The translations under genes and the position numbers were made by a program. A stretch of DNA of 63,068 bases, counting the filler, from Coriobacteriales bacterium (GTDB taxonomy: Bacteria > Actinomycetota > Coriobacteriia > Coriobacteriales > UBA8131), in assembly GCA_031263105.1 (NCBI GenBank). It is 7 parts of 7 records of this genome, joined end to end, with 100 filler letters (N's around TTAATTAATTAA, not from the genome) between each part and the next. Parts side by side here need not be neighbours in the genome. Positions count along the whole stretch, not along the records: positions 35,694 to 49,612 come from JAISGJ010000175.1; 6 more parts are not named here. One strand, written 5' to 3'. Numbering within the stretch: position 1 is the stretch's first letter; every line of letters starts with the position of its first letter. Below are positions 37,654-47,678 of this stretch, piece by piece. The notes under the pieces were generated by a model that was given only the letters and a program-made list of their open reading frames with translations, was not told the origin of the DNA and made no database searches.

Positions 37654-40167
37654 TCACACCTCCTCTTTCCAAAGTCGCATTTCGACCGTGCAGTCAAAGA
37701 ATGACGAGTTCACACCGACGGGGTCGTACACCGAGGTGCTGCAGTGGGAGAACGACCCTGCCTTGAACTGGCTTCCGTCCAGTCCTTTGGGATACATCAG
37801 CATTCCGGGGCGCATATGCGCGCTCAAGGCAGCCCTTGCGACCGCGTTGCCTCGGTCGTTGAAGACCTCGACGTAGTCGCCGGTCTTTATGCCTCGCGCC
37901 GCTGCATCGTCCGGGTTCATCTTCAAAACGGGCTCAGGGGCAATCTCAAGGTGCCACGGCACGTCCCAACCGGACGTCTGCATCCTGTGGCGCGAGCGCT
38001 CGGACGTGAGGATCAGGGGGTACCTGCTCATGGCCTCGGATCCAGGCCATGCCTCCGTAGGCGGAAACCAACGGGGCAGACGTTCGGCATCACGGTCGAA
38101 TGCCTGGCCGAACTCTATGCGAGGCTGAGGCTTCTCGCAATAGATCTCAGCCTTGCCGGTCGCATTCACATACGTGCCGTCAGAGTGCGGAGGAGAAGGC
38201 TGTCCCCAGCGGCCGGTCTGTGTCTCGCGCAACGATTCCAGTGTGATGCCTGCGCTGATGTACTGCGGCATGTTCAGACTTTCGCGCAGCTCCTCTTCGT
38301 CGCTGCGCGTAAAGTAATCACCGATGCCCATTTGGGCTGCCAGGAGACGATAGACGTCACCGTCCTGCTTGGCCTCGAACTGAGGCTCCATGATCTTGTC
38401 CGTATGGAGCAGCTCATAGACCGGCCCGGCGGCATAGATGTCCTCGGTCTCGTAATAGTGGGCTATGGGCAGCACGATATCTGCCTGGGCAGCCGTTTCG
38501 TTGAACGCTATGTCGGCGACAGCGATAAAATCGAGCTTGTCCCATACCTCCTCTTTGACCAGTTTTGCATTGACTACAGAATTGAGAAGGTTCTTTCCTT
38601 CGCACAAAAGGGCCTTTATCGGATAGTCCTCCCCCTTCCACGTGCCCGTTGCCATGACATTCGGCAATTCGAGAATGGGGACACTGTTGGAGAACGTCAT
38701 GGTCGGATAGTTGTAGGCGATGTTCGTTGGGATGGGAAAGTAGGTGTTGGAGACCCCCGTGCCAGGCTTGCCCATGTTCCCGGTCACGGCGATGAGCACT
38801 CCGAGCGAGAATCCCAGCTGCACGCCGTTGTTGTATGCCTGTAGGCCCATGCCCGGAAAATTGGAGGTCGGCCCGTCGGCATACAGCCTGGCAAGCATCT
38901 TTATGGTCTCGACATCCACTTCGCACAGCTCGCTCATCTTCTCTGGAGTGAACTGCCGATAATGGCTTGCGAGCAGATCGAAGGCCGTCGTGGTGGCATG
39001 TCCCTGCACGGTATGGGAACCGTGAAGCTCTGGCCTTGCAGACTCGAGGCTCGATTGGGCCGCGTTGGCCTCAGAGTCCCACACGACGGGCGGGTCGATG
39101 GTCGTCGGCTGGCCATAGGCATCCGCAGGACCGGCTACCGGCTCCACGCCCAAATCGCTCATGCGCAGGTATTCCTTTGTATCGGCCCTGACCAGATAGG
39201 GAGCCACCGTGTCGCTTAGCAGGTAGTCGTCATCCTGAAGCCCTTCCTCGAGCACCACGTTCGTCATTGCCAGAATGAGGGCGGCATCCGAGGCGGGGCG
39301 GACGGGAATCCAAATATCCGCAAGATTCGCGGTCGTGGTTCTGCACGGGTCGATCAACACAAGCCGAGCGCCCTGCTCCTTCGCGTCACAAAGCAGGCGC
39401 CATTGCTGGATGGCCGATTCGGACAGGTTCTTGCCCCAGAGGAAAACGTGCTTCGCGTTGAGCGTGTCGAGCTCGTCCTCGTTGCCGGGGAAGTCCCAAC
39501 CGCTGCCGCCAAAGACCTTCGCCACACCGAAGTAGATTGCCGAGTCGACGCATGACTCCAAGCCGGAAGTCTGGAGAATGCCCGTCAAACGGCCGCCCAG
39601 GCCGTAGACTCCGTTAAGCAGGCCGCTCGTACCGGTTCCCGTGATGGCGAGAAAAGCGTGCGACCCGTACTTCTTGATGACATCGTTGAACTGAGCGGCC
39701 ATGTAGCCGATTGCCTCATCCCACGTTATGCGCTCCCACTCGTCGAGGCCTCGGTTCTGGAGGTTGGGGGTATCGGGACTCCAACTTGTTCTCTTTAAGG
39801 GATATTTGATGCGATGGGGGTTATAGAGCCGCTGAATCTGAGCGACCCCGCGCAAACAGGCCCTGTTGCGACGCGATTCATGAGGATACGTCTCGACCTT
39901 GACGGCCTTGCCGTCGCGTACCACGACCTGGTTGCGACATGCCCAGCAGCCGCCCCACATGCATCTGCCTGTCTTGAGTTCGTCGCTGGAAGCCGTTGGC
40001 ATCCCCTCGTCGGAGAGGCTGCAGCCCCAGCTGCCCCCCAGCGCAGCGGTTCCCGCCACCGCAGCCGTGGCCTTCAGGAAGCTGCGACGGCTCAACCCGC
40101 TGTCGGTCGGGTTGCGACGGGCCGAGGCCCTGTCCTTCCCACTCTTCTTCCTCTTGGTTTCCGGCAT
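37654..40167 (-). CDS. Tat Mo-bisPGD oxidoreductase catalytic subunit
   Basis: SRRSFLK, CMWGGCWAC...CLRG, RIKYPLKR, WERITWDEA, ADIVLP, MNPDDAAARGI; SD GGAGGAG. Confidence 0.9.
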   Translation of the reverse strand: MPETKRKKSGKDRASARRNPTDSGLSRRSFLKATAAVAGTAALGGSWGCSLSDEGMPTASSDELKTGRCMWGGCWACRNQVVVRDGKAVKVETYPHESRRNRACLRGVAQIQRLYNPHRIKYPLKRTSWSPDTPNLQNRGLDEWERITWDEAIGYMAAQFNDVIKKYGSHAFLAITGTGTSGLLNGVYGLGGRLTGILQTSGLESCVDSAIYFGVAKVFGGSGWDFPGNEDELDTLNAKHVFLWGKNLSESAIQQWRLLCDAKEQGARLVLIDPCRTTTANLADIWIPVRPASDAALILAMTNVVLEEGLQDDDYLLSDTVAPYLVRADTKEYLRMSDLGVEPVAGPADAYGQPTTIDPPVVWDSEANAAQSSLESARPELHGSHTVQGHATTTAFDLLASHYRQFTPEKMSELCEVDVETIKMLARLYADGPTSNFPGMGLQAYNNGVQLGFSLGVLIAVTGNMGKPGTGVSNTYFPIPTNIAYNYPTMTFSNSVPILELPNVMATGTWKGEDYPIKALLCEGKNLLNSVVNAKLVKEEVWDKLDFIAVADIAFNETAAQADIVLPIAHYYETEDIYAAGPVYELLHTDKIMEPQFEAKQDGDVYRLLAAQMGIGDYFTRSDEEELRESLNMPQYISAGITLESLRETQTGRWGQPSPPHSDGTYVNATGKAEIYCEKPQPRIEFGQAFDRDAERLPRWFPPTEAWPGSEAMSRYPLILTSERSRHRMQTSGWDVPWHLEIAPEPVLKMNPDDAAARGIKTGDYVEVFNDRGNAVARAALSAHMRPGMLMYPKGLDGSQFKAGSFSHCSTSVYDPVGVNSSFFDCTVEMRLWKEEV

Positions 40168-40289
40168 AGCTCCTCCTGTCTCCTTCATGCACTCGGCACT
40201 TCCCTGTGGGAGACTGCATGCGCCCTACAACCGATGCCCGATGCCCCTGTTGGGCGGCCTGCCGTCTCCCGTCCCGACACCGAACCCTT

Positions 40290-40331
40290 AGTTTGCCTAT
40301 TTTCATATTTATATATGAAAATAGGCAAACT
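40290..40331. promoter_or_regulatory. Perfect 19-bp AT-rich inverted repeat upstream of the Mo-enzyme operon
   Basis: AGTTTGCCTATTTTCATAT-TTAT-ATATGAAAATAGGCAAACT. Confidence 0.6.
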
Positions 40332-40417
40332 GAATAGTAGACCATTGCCGCACCGCTGTCAAGTACGTGCGCGGAACCGAGGCGCGGGCAAATGAGCGTT
40401 TCTGCTCAAACCTCATT

Positions 40418-40608
40418 ATCATCCCGAGCCCCACCGTCATTCCGAGCCTGTCGAGGAATCTTCGACCGCGCCAGCGGTCGACCGCAGGTCGAAGGGCCCT
40501 TCGACCGGCGGTTGGACACTGCGTGTCCAAAGATTCCTCGGCTTCGCTCGGAATGACGGTGGGGCTCGGGATGACAGTGGGGCGTGACAGTGGGGTGTGA
40601 CAGTGGGG
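40418..40608. repeat. Repeat family 1 element with stuttered arms
   Basis: CCCCACCGTCATTCCGAG...CTCGGAATGACGGTGGGG plus several GTGACAGTGGGG copies. Confidence 0.88.
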
Positions 40609-40657
40609 TGAGCAGAAACAATGGGGCAGGGACTCAGGGAGTTTTCGGCTTGATAGC

Positions 40658-40686
40658 TTGTCAGGAACCTCGGTTTCCTCTATACT
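40658..40686 (+). promoter_or_regulatory. Sigma-70 promoter of the TA operon
   Basis: TTGTCA-N17-TATACT with an imperfect palindrome AGGAACC..GGTTTCCT in the spacer. Confidence 0.6.
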
Positions 40687-40732
40687 GTAAAACCGTTAAA
40701 CAAAACGAGGCGCAAGGCGGAAAGGAATCGAG

Positions 40733-41062
40733 ATGGATGCCATTGTGGCAGCACGAGTTCCTGTCGAGGTCAAGGAGCGCGGCAACAGCATGCTTGCGAG
40801 CATCGGCGCGACCCCGACGCAGCTCATCAACTCGGCCTATCGCTACGTGCTCGCCTTTGGGAGCCTGCCTTGTGCGGAGCACGATGGCAGGCCCACAGAG
40901 ACCGGAACGACGAGACGTCTGAGCGCGGAGCAACGAGAGCGCCTTGAGGCCCAGATGCTCAGCCTGAAGGTAAGCGGGCATGACTACTCGCAGGGCGGCA
41001 CCAAGACGCTCAAGCAGGCGATCGAGGAGAAGCGGAAAGCCGAGCATGCGGCTCTTGCTTGA
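40733..41062 (+). CDS. RelB/DinJ-like (RHH) antitoxin
   Basis: IVAARVPVEVKERGNSMLASIGATPTQLINSAY...LP; overlaps the PIN gene. Confidence 0.75.
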   Translation: MDAIVAARVPVEVKERGNSMLASIGATPTQLINSAYRYVLAFGSLPCAEHDGRPTETGTTRRLSAEQRERLEAQMLSLKVSGHDYSQGGTKTLKQAIEEKRKAEHAALA

Positions 41063-41486
41063 TACCAACGTCCTTATCGACTACTTCGCCGGACGGGAGC
41101 CCTACCATGCGGATGCCTTCCGGCTGCGGATGATGCACGAGTTCGGAGATGCCGAACTCTGGGCAAGCGTCCAGTCGTTCGCGGATATCGCCTACATCCT
41201 TCGCGGCGAGACGGACGGCGGCACTCTGCAGGACGCGTTTCGCGAGAGCCTGTCCTTCCTGCACGTCTGCTCCCTCGACGAGGACGACCTGCGCTGGGCG
41301 ACGACAGAGAAATGGGAGGACTTCGAAGACTGCCTCATCGAGCGCTGCGCAGAAAAGACCAAGGCGGAAGCAATCCTGAGCCGTGACGCACAGGGCTTCG
41401 CACGCGCCCGGACATCCGTGCTCACGCCTCAAGCGTTCTTCGAGAGACTGGCATCCCAGCAAGGACTGACCTACGAACTGATGTGA
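41046..41486 (+). CDS. PIN-domain (VapC-like) toxin
   Basis: LLLDTNVLID, DFEDCLI, ILSRD..GF. Confidence 0.88.
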   Translation: MRLLLDTNVLIDYFAGREPYHADAFRLRMMHEFGDAELWASVQSFADIAYILRGETDGGTLQDAFRESLSFLHVCSLDEDDLRWATTEKWEDFEDCLIERCAEKTKAEAILSRDAQGFARARTSVLTPQAFFERLASQQGLTYELM

Positions 41487-41566
41487 GGGCATGGGAAGGG
41501 AGTCCTCTGCTGTTTCGCAAAGTGCCGGTTAAATTTCTCGCAATGCCCGGTTGGTGGCACAACCTA

Positions 41567-42289
41567 TCACTGCTGTGCGTGTGTCCTGAATGTCTCCGTA
41601 TCGCGACATTTCAGAATGTTGAGATGCCTGTCCCTCAAAGCCTTGCGAATGCGAAGAACGACGTAGGCAGAGAACACTGCGGTGTAGACACCTAGGTTCA
41701 CCGCCGATGTGGTGGAGCCTTCCAAGGCGGGCACGATGAAATATCCCAGCATATGGAAGTAGATAAGCGCAAAGAACGCATAAGAAAGAGCCTGCAGGCG
41801 CTTCCATGTACCTGATCTCATGTGCCGCTTAACCTTGTTGATCGATGTTATGGCCAACAGCGCTACAAGGATACATAAAATCGCTGCAATCAGCAGTGAT
41901 GCCAGCACAGACGGGCGTCGTGCGAGAACTTGAAGTCCCGTACCGAAATAGCTGCTGGCATAGAGCGGAAAATGACCGCATAGCAATAGGGTTGCGCTAA
42001 TTGAAAGCTCGGCGCGAACAGGGCCCAGAAAAGAGCGCACCTTGGATTCCGTGTCGAAGACACCTACGAACATCACGAGGGCGAACAGCGAGAAGGCGAC
42101 CTGTCCTTTTTGCACGGCATACACGATTGAGCGTACCAGGGTATTGGGAACCGGACTGACTGTCAGATACAGAGCTGTGATTGCAAAGAGTAAAGACAAG
42201 AGATAAAAGACCCAAGGGGCAGCTTTCAGAGGTTTACGAATAGCTGCTGCGACCACGGTAACGACTATGAGTGATACGGCCAAGCTCAT
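41567..42289 (-). CDS. Ferric-reductase-like (MsrQ-type) transmembrane protein
   Basis: RAELSI...H, LAITS, WKRLQALSY...IYFH; about six TM helices. Confidence 0.75.
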   Translation of the reverse strand: MSLAVSLIVVTVVAAAIRKPLKAAPWVFYLLSLLFAITALYLTVSPVPNTLVRSIVYAVQKGQVAFSLFALVMFVGVFDTESKVRSFLGPVRAELSISATLLLCGHFPLYASSYFGTGLQVLARRPSVLASLLIAAILCILVALLAITSINKVKRHMRSGTWKRLQALSYAFFALIYFHMLGYFIVPALEGSTTSAVNLGVYTAVFSAYVVLRIRKALRDRHLNILKCRDTETFRTHAQQ

Positions 42290-42984
42290 AAGGCATAGTC
42301 TTCCTCTTCAATACGTGCTCCAAGGAGTGAATAGTCACGCGTGGCGACATCCACGATCAGTTCCGCCACCGCTGCGTACAGACTCTCGGGTCGATCTATC
42401 CGAAGGTCTGCCACATAGCGTGGCCCCCACTTCAGAAGATGCTCTTTGAGAAACACGAGCTGTCCTTTGAGGAGACCCCGGTATTCACTCTTCTCATTGC
42501 GAGACAACGCATCGATGGTTCGCTTTCCCAGTTCTGCGATAAAGGCACACTCGAGAGAGAAGTGATCCTCGGGGATTCGGCCATACGCATGAGCCCGATA
42601 TCCAAACCTGCGGTAAGACTCACGAACCGCGAGCGTGCTTTCCTGGAAGAGCATCCTGCGATAGTTCATGTAATACGACTCCCAAGGGTACGATTCCTTC
42701 TTGCCACCTAGACCGAGAATCAAATGCGTATAGTCCGATTTCAGGTTTGCAAGTACCGCACCGCACGTGTCGGATTCGCTTTGAGCCTTGAGTTCGGCAC
42801 AGGTCTGAGCCAAGTGCGCAGCGGGGCCTCCAAAGTCCTCGCTCGTCACCTTGAGAAGTTGCCTGTTCTCATCGGAAACCAGAAAGCTCAGAAGCTCGCC
42901 GTTCGGCTCGCCACCGAAAACACTGTGCCCAAGTTCATAGAGAAAGACCCGGACGTTCAAATAGAGTTCCGTGTCTTTGCCCAT
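42286..42984 (-). CDS. TorD/DmsD family chaperone
   Basis: PWESYY, PEDHFSLECAF, EHLLKW. Confidence 0.88.
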   Translation of the reverse strand: MGKDTELYLNVRVFLYELGHSVFGGEPNGELLSFLVSDENRQLLKVTSEDFGGPAAHLAQTCAELKAQSESDTCGAVLANLKSDYTHLILGLGGKKESYPWESYYMNYRRMLFQESTLAVRESYRRFGYRAHAYGRIPEDHFSLECAFIAELGKRTIDALSRNEKSEYRGLLKGQLVFLKEHLLKWGPRYVADLRIDRPESLYAAVAELIVDVATRDYSLLGARIEEEDYAL

Positions 42985-43568
42985 TAGAGATAGATCTCGT
43001 TGTAGTCTGTCTCCAACATGATCGGCTTGACGTTGATTGCAAGGCTCGGCATGGTTCGCGAGGAGTCCGGCAGCACCACAATGTCGGCCACCAGCTCCTC
43101 CCCACCATGGGCTGCCTTGAGCTCGTCGATGTCCCCGAATTCAAGAACACGTTGGGGGCAAGTCCCCACACAAGCTGGCATCTCGTCATTCTTGCGCAGG
43201 TGTATGCAGCTGTCGCACTTGAAGACCACGCCCTCTTTTTCGAGGAAAACCGGTTGCTCATACGGACAGGCACTGATGCAGGTCTTGCATCCGATACAGG
43301 CGTCCTTGTCGATGAGTACGACGCCCGTTTCCTCATCCTTGGAGATTGCACCTACGGGGCAAACCGCCAAACATGCCGGAACCACGCAATGATTGCAGGC
43401 TATCGAAACATGATACATGCCGACATCGGGGTATGACCCTGTCGTGTACGTGGTTACGTGACGAAAGTTCTCTCCCACCTCAAGACGGTGAACATCTTTG
43501 CATGCAACCTGACAACTATGGCAACCGATGCAGCTGTCGGCATCGAAAAAGAATCCAAGCTGACTCAT
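42984..43568 (-). CDS. DmsB-like 4Fe-4S subunit
   Basis: QLGFFFDADSCIGCHSCQVACKD, CNHC, CIGCKTC, KCDSC. Confidence 0.92.
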   Translation of the reverse strand: MSQLGFFFDADSCIGCHSCQVACKDVHRLEVGENFRHVTTYTTGSYPDVGMYHVSIACNHCVVPACLAVCPVGAISKDEETGVVLIDKDACIGCKTCISACPYEQPVFLEKEGVVFKCDSCIHLRKNDEMPACVGTCPQRVLEFGDIDELKAAHGGEELVADIVVLPDSSRTMPSLAINVKPIMLETDYNEIYL

Positions 43569-43581
43569 AGTTTCCTCCTCG

Positions 43582-46236
43582 TTATTCGGCAATGGGTATG
43601 TCGAGCGGCCAGTCGCAGTCTGGGAGCAGGTCGATGTCACCCGTGTACTTCTCATACGCGACCAACGTTGTGTTCCAGCCGTTGAGCTGCGTCGATGTGG
43701 CGCTGCTCGAGCTCGTGAGTATGTTGTCCGCGCCCGCCTTGTCGATGCCCGTCGCCTCGTCGATGGAGGCCCCGGCGCCGTGCGGCACCACGATGACCCC
43801 GGGCATTATGCAGCGGCTCACGGAAGCGGGCCGTATGAATTTTCCTCGGTCGTTGTGCACGAGAACAACGTCGCCGTTGGCTATTCCTTTTGCCTCGGCG
43901 TCGTCCTTGTTGATGAAAACAGGGTCCACCATCGCCTCGCGCAGCCATGGTAGGTTGTCATAGTCGGTGTGAGCGCGACGGAGATAATGGACGTGCGTCA
44001 TTTGGAGGGGATAGGGGCCGGGCACCCGGTTTTCCCAGTCGATGAAGCTGTCCTTGTAGCCCTCGTGCTGTTCAAGGTACTTGGGCAAGGGCGAAACCGT
44101 CACATAGCCCTCCCTGTTCCCGTTTATCCGAGCAAAAAGGTCGCCTTTTGCCTGGCAGTATATCTCCATCTTTCCGCTGGCTGAGTCCAAGGGGTTCTTC
44201 TCGGGATCCTCCCTGAACTCTTTGTAGGCTATGTCCACGAAGGCATCATCGCTCGACCTCTTGACCCTGTACACGCCGTCATCGAGAAACTTCTCCAGAG
44301 AGACTGCTCCTTCTTGTGGCGTGCCCTCAACCTCGTATCGATCCAAGTCCTCTTGGCTTATGGTGCACAAAGGCGACGTTGAGCCATCCTCATTTGCAAC
44401 CGTGCCGCCTTGCAGCGCATTGAACCAGAGTTGCTTCTCGTCCATGGGCACGATGGTGTTGAAATCCAGACCAAGGCGTCCTGCGAGCTCTTTTGCAACG
44501 TCGTAATCGCTCCTCGACTCGAAAAGCGGGTCGATGATCTTGCGATGAGTGAAGGCGTTCTCCCGGTCCGCCTGGGTCGCGTACCAGTTGTCCCGCAGAA
44601 CCTCCCAGCGCGTGCAGATCGGCAAGACGATATCCGAGTACTTGGTGTCCGTCTTCATGGTATACGCCTGCGAGCACACGAAGTCCACCTTGCGGAAGGC
44701 TTCGATTCCCTCATTGATGTTGGGTTGGGATTGCAAAAGGTTGTGCTGCTCGCTGACAATCACATGAATGTCGAGGTTCCGCTCTTCCGGCTCGTCGTAT
44801 TGCCCTGCATACATGTTTCCGGTTCTGATATATTTTCCGTCCAATATGGAGCGCCACATCTCGTTGCAGTTGAGGCTGTCGTCGATAGGGTTGTTTGCCG
44901 TGGTGAACTGGAAGGGATGGCCGCTTTGCCCTATGATGGCCAAAGTCCTGCCGTTGTTCATCGCACTATAGTACTGGTCGTTGCCGCAGGCATGCCCCGG
45001 TTTGCCGTAATGGCCGCCCATGGCCCCCAAGGTCATAAGCGCCTGCGGATAGTTCTCCGCTCCGTTGTTGCGTGCTGCAGCTCCATTGGTATGAATCGAC
45101 ACCACGTTTTTGCAACCCAGGATATCAGCAAGATGGTGAATGGTCTCTACGGGCGTCCCGCAAATCTCGCTCGCCCATTCTGCGGTTTTCTCAATTCCAT
45201 CGTATGCGCCCAGTATATAATCGCGGTAGTTCTCGTCGCTTTTCGCGTCCGTCGGCATGTGCTCTGCATCAAATCCGACGGTGCAACGGTTGAGATAGTC
45301 CCAATCTATGAGCGAGCCCTCTTTGTCGCGGGTTATCATCGAGTGCGCGAGGGCGCAGATGAGCGCCGTGTCGGTGGCAGGACGAACGGGAATCCACTCC
45401 GCGTCCACAAATCCGGCAGTCACGCTGTATTCCGGGCCAACGAACAGGAACGTGCTCCCCGCCTCTTTGGCGCGCTTGAGATAATAGGACGGGTTGCCGA
45501 AGGCGCACCACGCCGCATTGTGCCCCCATAACACGATGTAGTCCGAGTTCTCAAGATCCATTCTGTCGTTAGCGCGTTTTTCTGCCCAGCCAAAAGCCCT
45601 GGTGTTGTAGGCAAAGGTTCCTGTCGACTGCGTCGCGCTCGAATCGACGTAGCCTCCAAACGCGCTCAGGAGCCCGCCCCAATAGCCTTCGAGATTGATG
45701 ATGTTCATGAAGAAAATCGACCGGTTCCCGTACTTCTCTTTTGCGTTCTTCAACTCGGCGGCAATGTAGTCAAGGGCCTCGTCCCAACTGATGCGCTCCC
45801 ATTCGTCGCGTCCGCGCAGGCTTTTGTCCCCGCCGGTCAAGGGCTCCCAGTGCTTGCGCTTCATCGGGTATTTGAGACGGTCGGCACCGAAGACCTGCTG
45901 TTGGGTGGCTCTGCCGCGAATGCAGCCGCGCGCCTGGGGCCAGCCATAGCTGTCTTCGTGGCTGTCGTCGGTTTTCTGGCGCAGCACCACCCCGTCTTTG
46001 ATCAGCACCTTGTTGACGCAGCGGCCACCGCAGTTGTGCCAACAGGGCGTGCTGTACCACGTCGCCCCTTCTTCGCCGGGAGGCACTACAGGCCCCTCGA
46101 CTTCTGGCGGCACTTCGTCCAACGTGTTGTCGTTGCAACCCACAAGCGACATTCCGGCCAATGTGGCTGTTGCCGCTGCGAAACCCGCAACAAAAGTACG
46201 CCTTCCGAGAACTACCGAACTATCCTTCTCACTCAT
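43582..46236 (-). CDS. DmsA-like Tat Mo-bisPGD oxidoreductase
   Basis: GRRTFV, lipobox-like LVGC, CWHNCGGRC, KTDD, CIRGR, DRLKYPMKR, SGKMEIYC. Confidence 0.92.
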   Translation of the reverse strand: MSEKDSSVVLGRRTFVAGFAAATATLAGMSLVGCNDNTLDEVPPEVEGPVVPPGEEGATWYSTPCWHNCGGRCVNKVLIKDGVVLRQKTDDSHEDSYGWPQARGCIRGRATQQQVFGADRLKYPMKRKHWEPLTGGDKSLRGRDEWERISWDEALDYIAAELKNAKEKYGNRSIFFMNIINLEGYWGGLLSAFGGYVDSSATQSTGTFAYNTRAFGWAEKRANDRMDLENSDYIVLWGHNAAWCAFGNPSYYLKRAKEAGSTFLFVGPEYSVTAGFVDAEWIPVRPATDTALICALAHSMITRDKEGSLIDWDYLNRCTVGFDAEHMPTDAKSDENYRDYILGAYDGIEKTAEWASEICGTPVETIHHLADILGCKNVVSIHTNGAAARNNGAENYPQALMTLGAMGGHYGKPGHACGNDQYYSAMNNGRTLAIIGQSGHPFQFTTANNPIDDSLNCNEMWRSILDGKYIRTGNMYAGQYDEPEERNLDIHVIVSEQHNLLQSQPNINEGIEAFRKVDFVCSQAYTMKTDTKYSDIVLPICTRWEVLRDNWYATQADRENAFTHRKIIDPLFESRSDYDVAKELAGRLGLDFNTIVPMDEKQLWFNALQGGTVANEDGSTSPLCTISQEDLDRYEVEGTPQEGAVSLEKFLDDGVYRVKRSSDDAFVDIAYKEFREDPEKNPLDSASGKMEIYCQAKGDLFARINGNREGYVTVSPLPKYLEQHEGYKDSFIDWENRVPGPYPLQMTHVHYLRRAHTDYDNLPWLREAMVDPVFINKDDAEAKGIANGDVVLVHNDRGKFIRPASVSRCIMPGVIVVPHGAGASIDEATGIDKAGADNILTSSSSATSTQLNGWNTTLVAYEKYTGDIDLLPDCDWPLDIPIAE

Positions 46237-46392
46237 ACCCACTCCTTCCTTCTGCCAAATCCCGATTCCCTCTGATCCGAACTGGGCCGTTCCTTGGCTA
46301 TCATTACTGATATAGTACACCGATTCACTGATTCAGTCAATAGGTATTCCACTTTTGGCTTGAATGTACGATAATGGGGGTTAGCGGTCAGG

Positions 46393-46658
46393 CCCCACTG
46401 ATGCCCCACTGTCATTCCGGCCCCCACTGTCATCCCGAGCCCCACTGTCATTCCGAGCGAAGCCGAGGAATCTTTGGCGAAGCGGTCGACCGTGGGGCGG
46501 AGGGTCTTCCGACCGCAGTCGACCGCTGCGCGGTCGAAGATTCCTCGGCAGGCTCGGAATGACAGTGGGGCTCGGAATGACAGTGGGGGCCGGAATGACA
46601 GTGGGGGCCGGGATGACAGTGGGGGCCGGGATGACAGTGGGGGCCGGGATGACAGTGG
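46393..46658. repeat. Repeat family 1 element with tandem 18-bp arm expansions
   Basis: CCCCACTGTCAT x3 on the left; GG(A/G)ATGACAGTGGGG(G)C x6 on the right. Confidence 0.9.
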
Positions 46659-46675
46659 TGAATTTTGGAGGGCCC

Positions 46676-47548
46676 TTGTTCGACACCTTGGTGATACTGT
46701 ATCTCTTTCTGAGCGGGGCTGCGGCCGGCGCGCTGTTCGTCATGTCCGCCTGGAGCCTTGCGTTCCACCGTAAGGGGCAGACTCACCAGTATCGGCTGAC
46801 CAGGGCCTTCAAGTCCCTGATGGCCCGCTGTTACACCATCGGCCTAGGGGCCCTGGTCTTCTCCATGCTCTGCCTGCTCTGGGACCTCGGCACCCCCGAG
46901 GACGCGTTGTCGTTGTTCACGAAGCCCCATGCGACGGTCATCACGTTCGGTGCCTATGCGCTGCTGTTGGAGATGCTGGTCGGCATGGCCTTGGCCTTGG
47001 CCAACCTCTTCGACCTCTCGGCCATCACGGGCCGGATGCGCAAGGTGCTGGAAGTCCTGTGCTGCCTTTGCTCCCTCGCGGTCATGGTCTATACGGGGGT
47101 CTTCCTGGCAAGCAACGCCTCGGTGCCGTTCTGGAACACCTGGGCGCTCGTCGCGCTGTTCCCCTTCTCCTCGCTTTCCGCAGGCATTTCCCTCGTCCTG
47201 CTCATCGACTACTTCATCAAGGGACAGACTCTCCTGCTGCGTGCGGCGCGGCCGCTCCAGAAGGCGCATGTGGCCTTCCTGCTGACGGAGGCGGCCTTGC
47301 TCGCCGCCTTTCTCGCAATCGCCCTCTCGAACCCTGCCGCCCACAAGTCGGTCGCCCTGCTGACGAGCCCGAACCTCCTCTCCACCTCCGCTATCGGGGT
47401 CGTGGGAATGGGGGTCGTCATTCCCTTTTTGTTCGAGGCATATACGCTCAGGGCCAAGGAGTGCCGGACGATTCCCCTGTCCGACGTGGTCTGCCTGTTC
47501 GGAGGACTCTGCCTGCGGTACGTGATAGTCCTCTGCGGAGTACACTAG
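46676..47548 (+). CDS. Orphan NrfD-family membrane protein
   Basis: ILYLFLSGAAAG, WDLGTPE, YTGVFL...VPFW; TTG start after GGAGG (the longer ORF is repeat-derived). Confidence 0.82.
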   Translation: MFDTLVILYLFLSGAAAGALFVMSAWSLAFHRKGQTHQYRLTRAFKSLMARCYTIGLGALVFSMLCLLWDLGTPEDALSLFTKPHATVITFGAYALLLEMLVGMALALANLFDLSAITGRMRKVLEVLCCLCSLAVMVYTGVFLASNASVPFWNTWALVALFPFSSLSAGISLVLLIDYFIKGQTLLLRAARPLQKAHVAFLLTEAALLAAFLAIALSNPAAHKSVALLTSPNLLSTSAIGVVGMGVVIPFLFEAYTLRAKECRTIPLSDVVCLFGGLCLRYVIVLCGVH

Positions 47549-47678
47549 GGAGACGATGCTTGATGCTTGTGTGCCGGATTCCGAGTCGTTTTGCCCCGCA
47601 CCTCGCCCCTGCCCAGCGGAACAGGAACAGGAAACGGTGACCGTATGCGCGTCCAACGAGACATGAACAGGTGATAGT

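Noticed and set aside
46299..46340. Short palindromes TATCA-TTAC-TGATA and TTCACTGA-T-TCAGTCAA upstream of the 46236 gene
   Set aside because: Plausible operators, but too short to assign without a comparative search
46559..46675. MTVGAG-repeat N-terminus on the NrfD ORF
   Set aside because: A translation of the 18-bp repeat arms; an SD-backed TTG start exists at 46676
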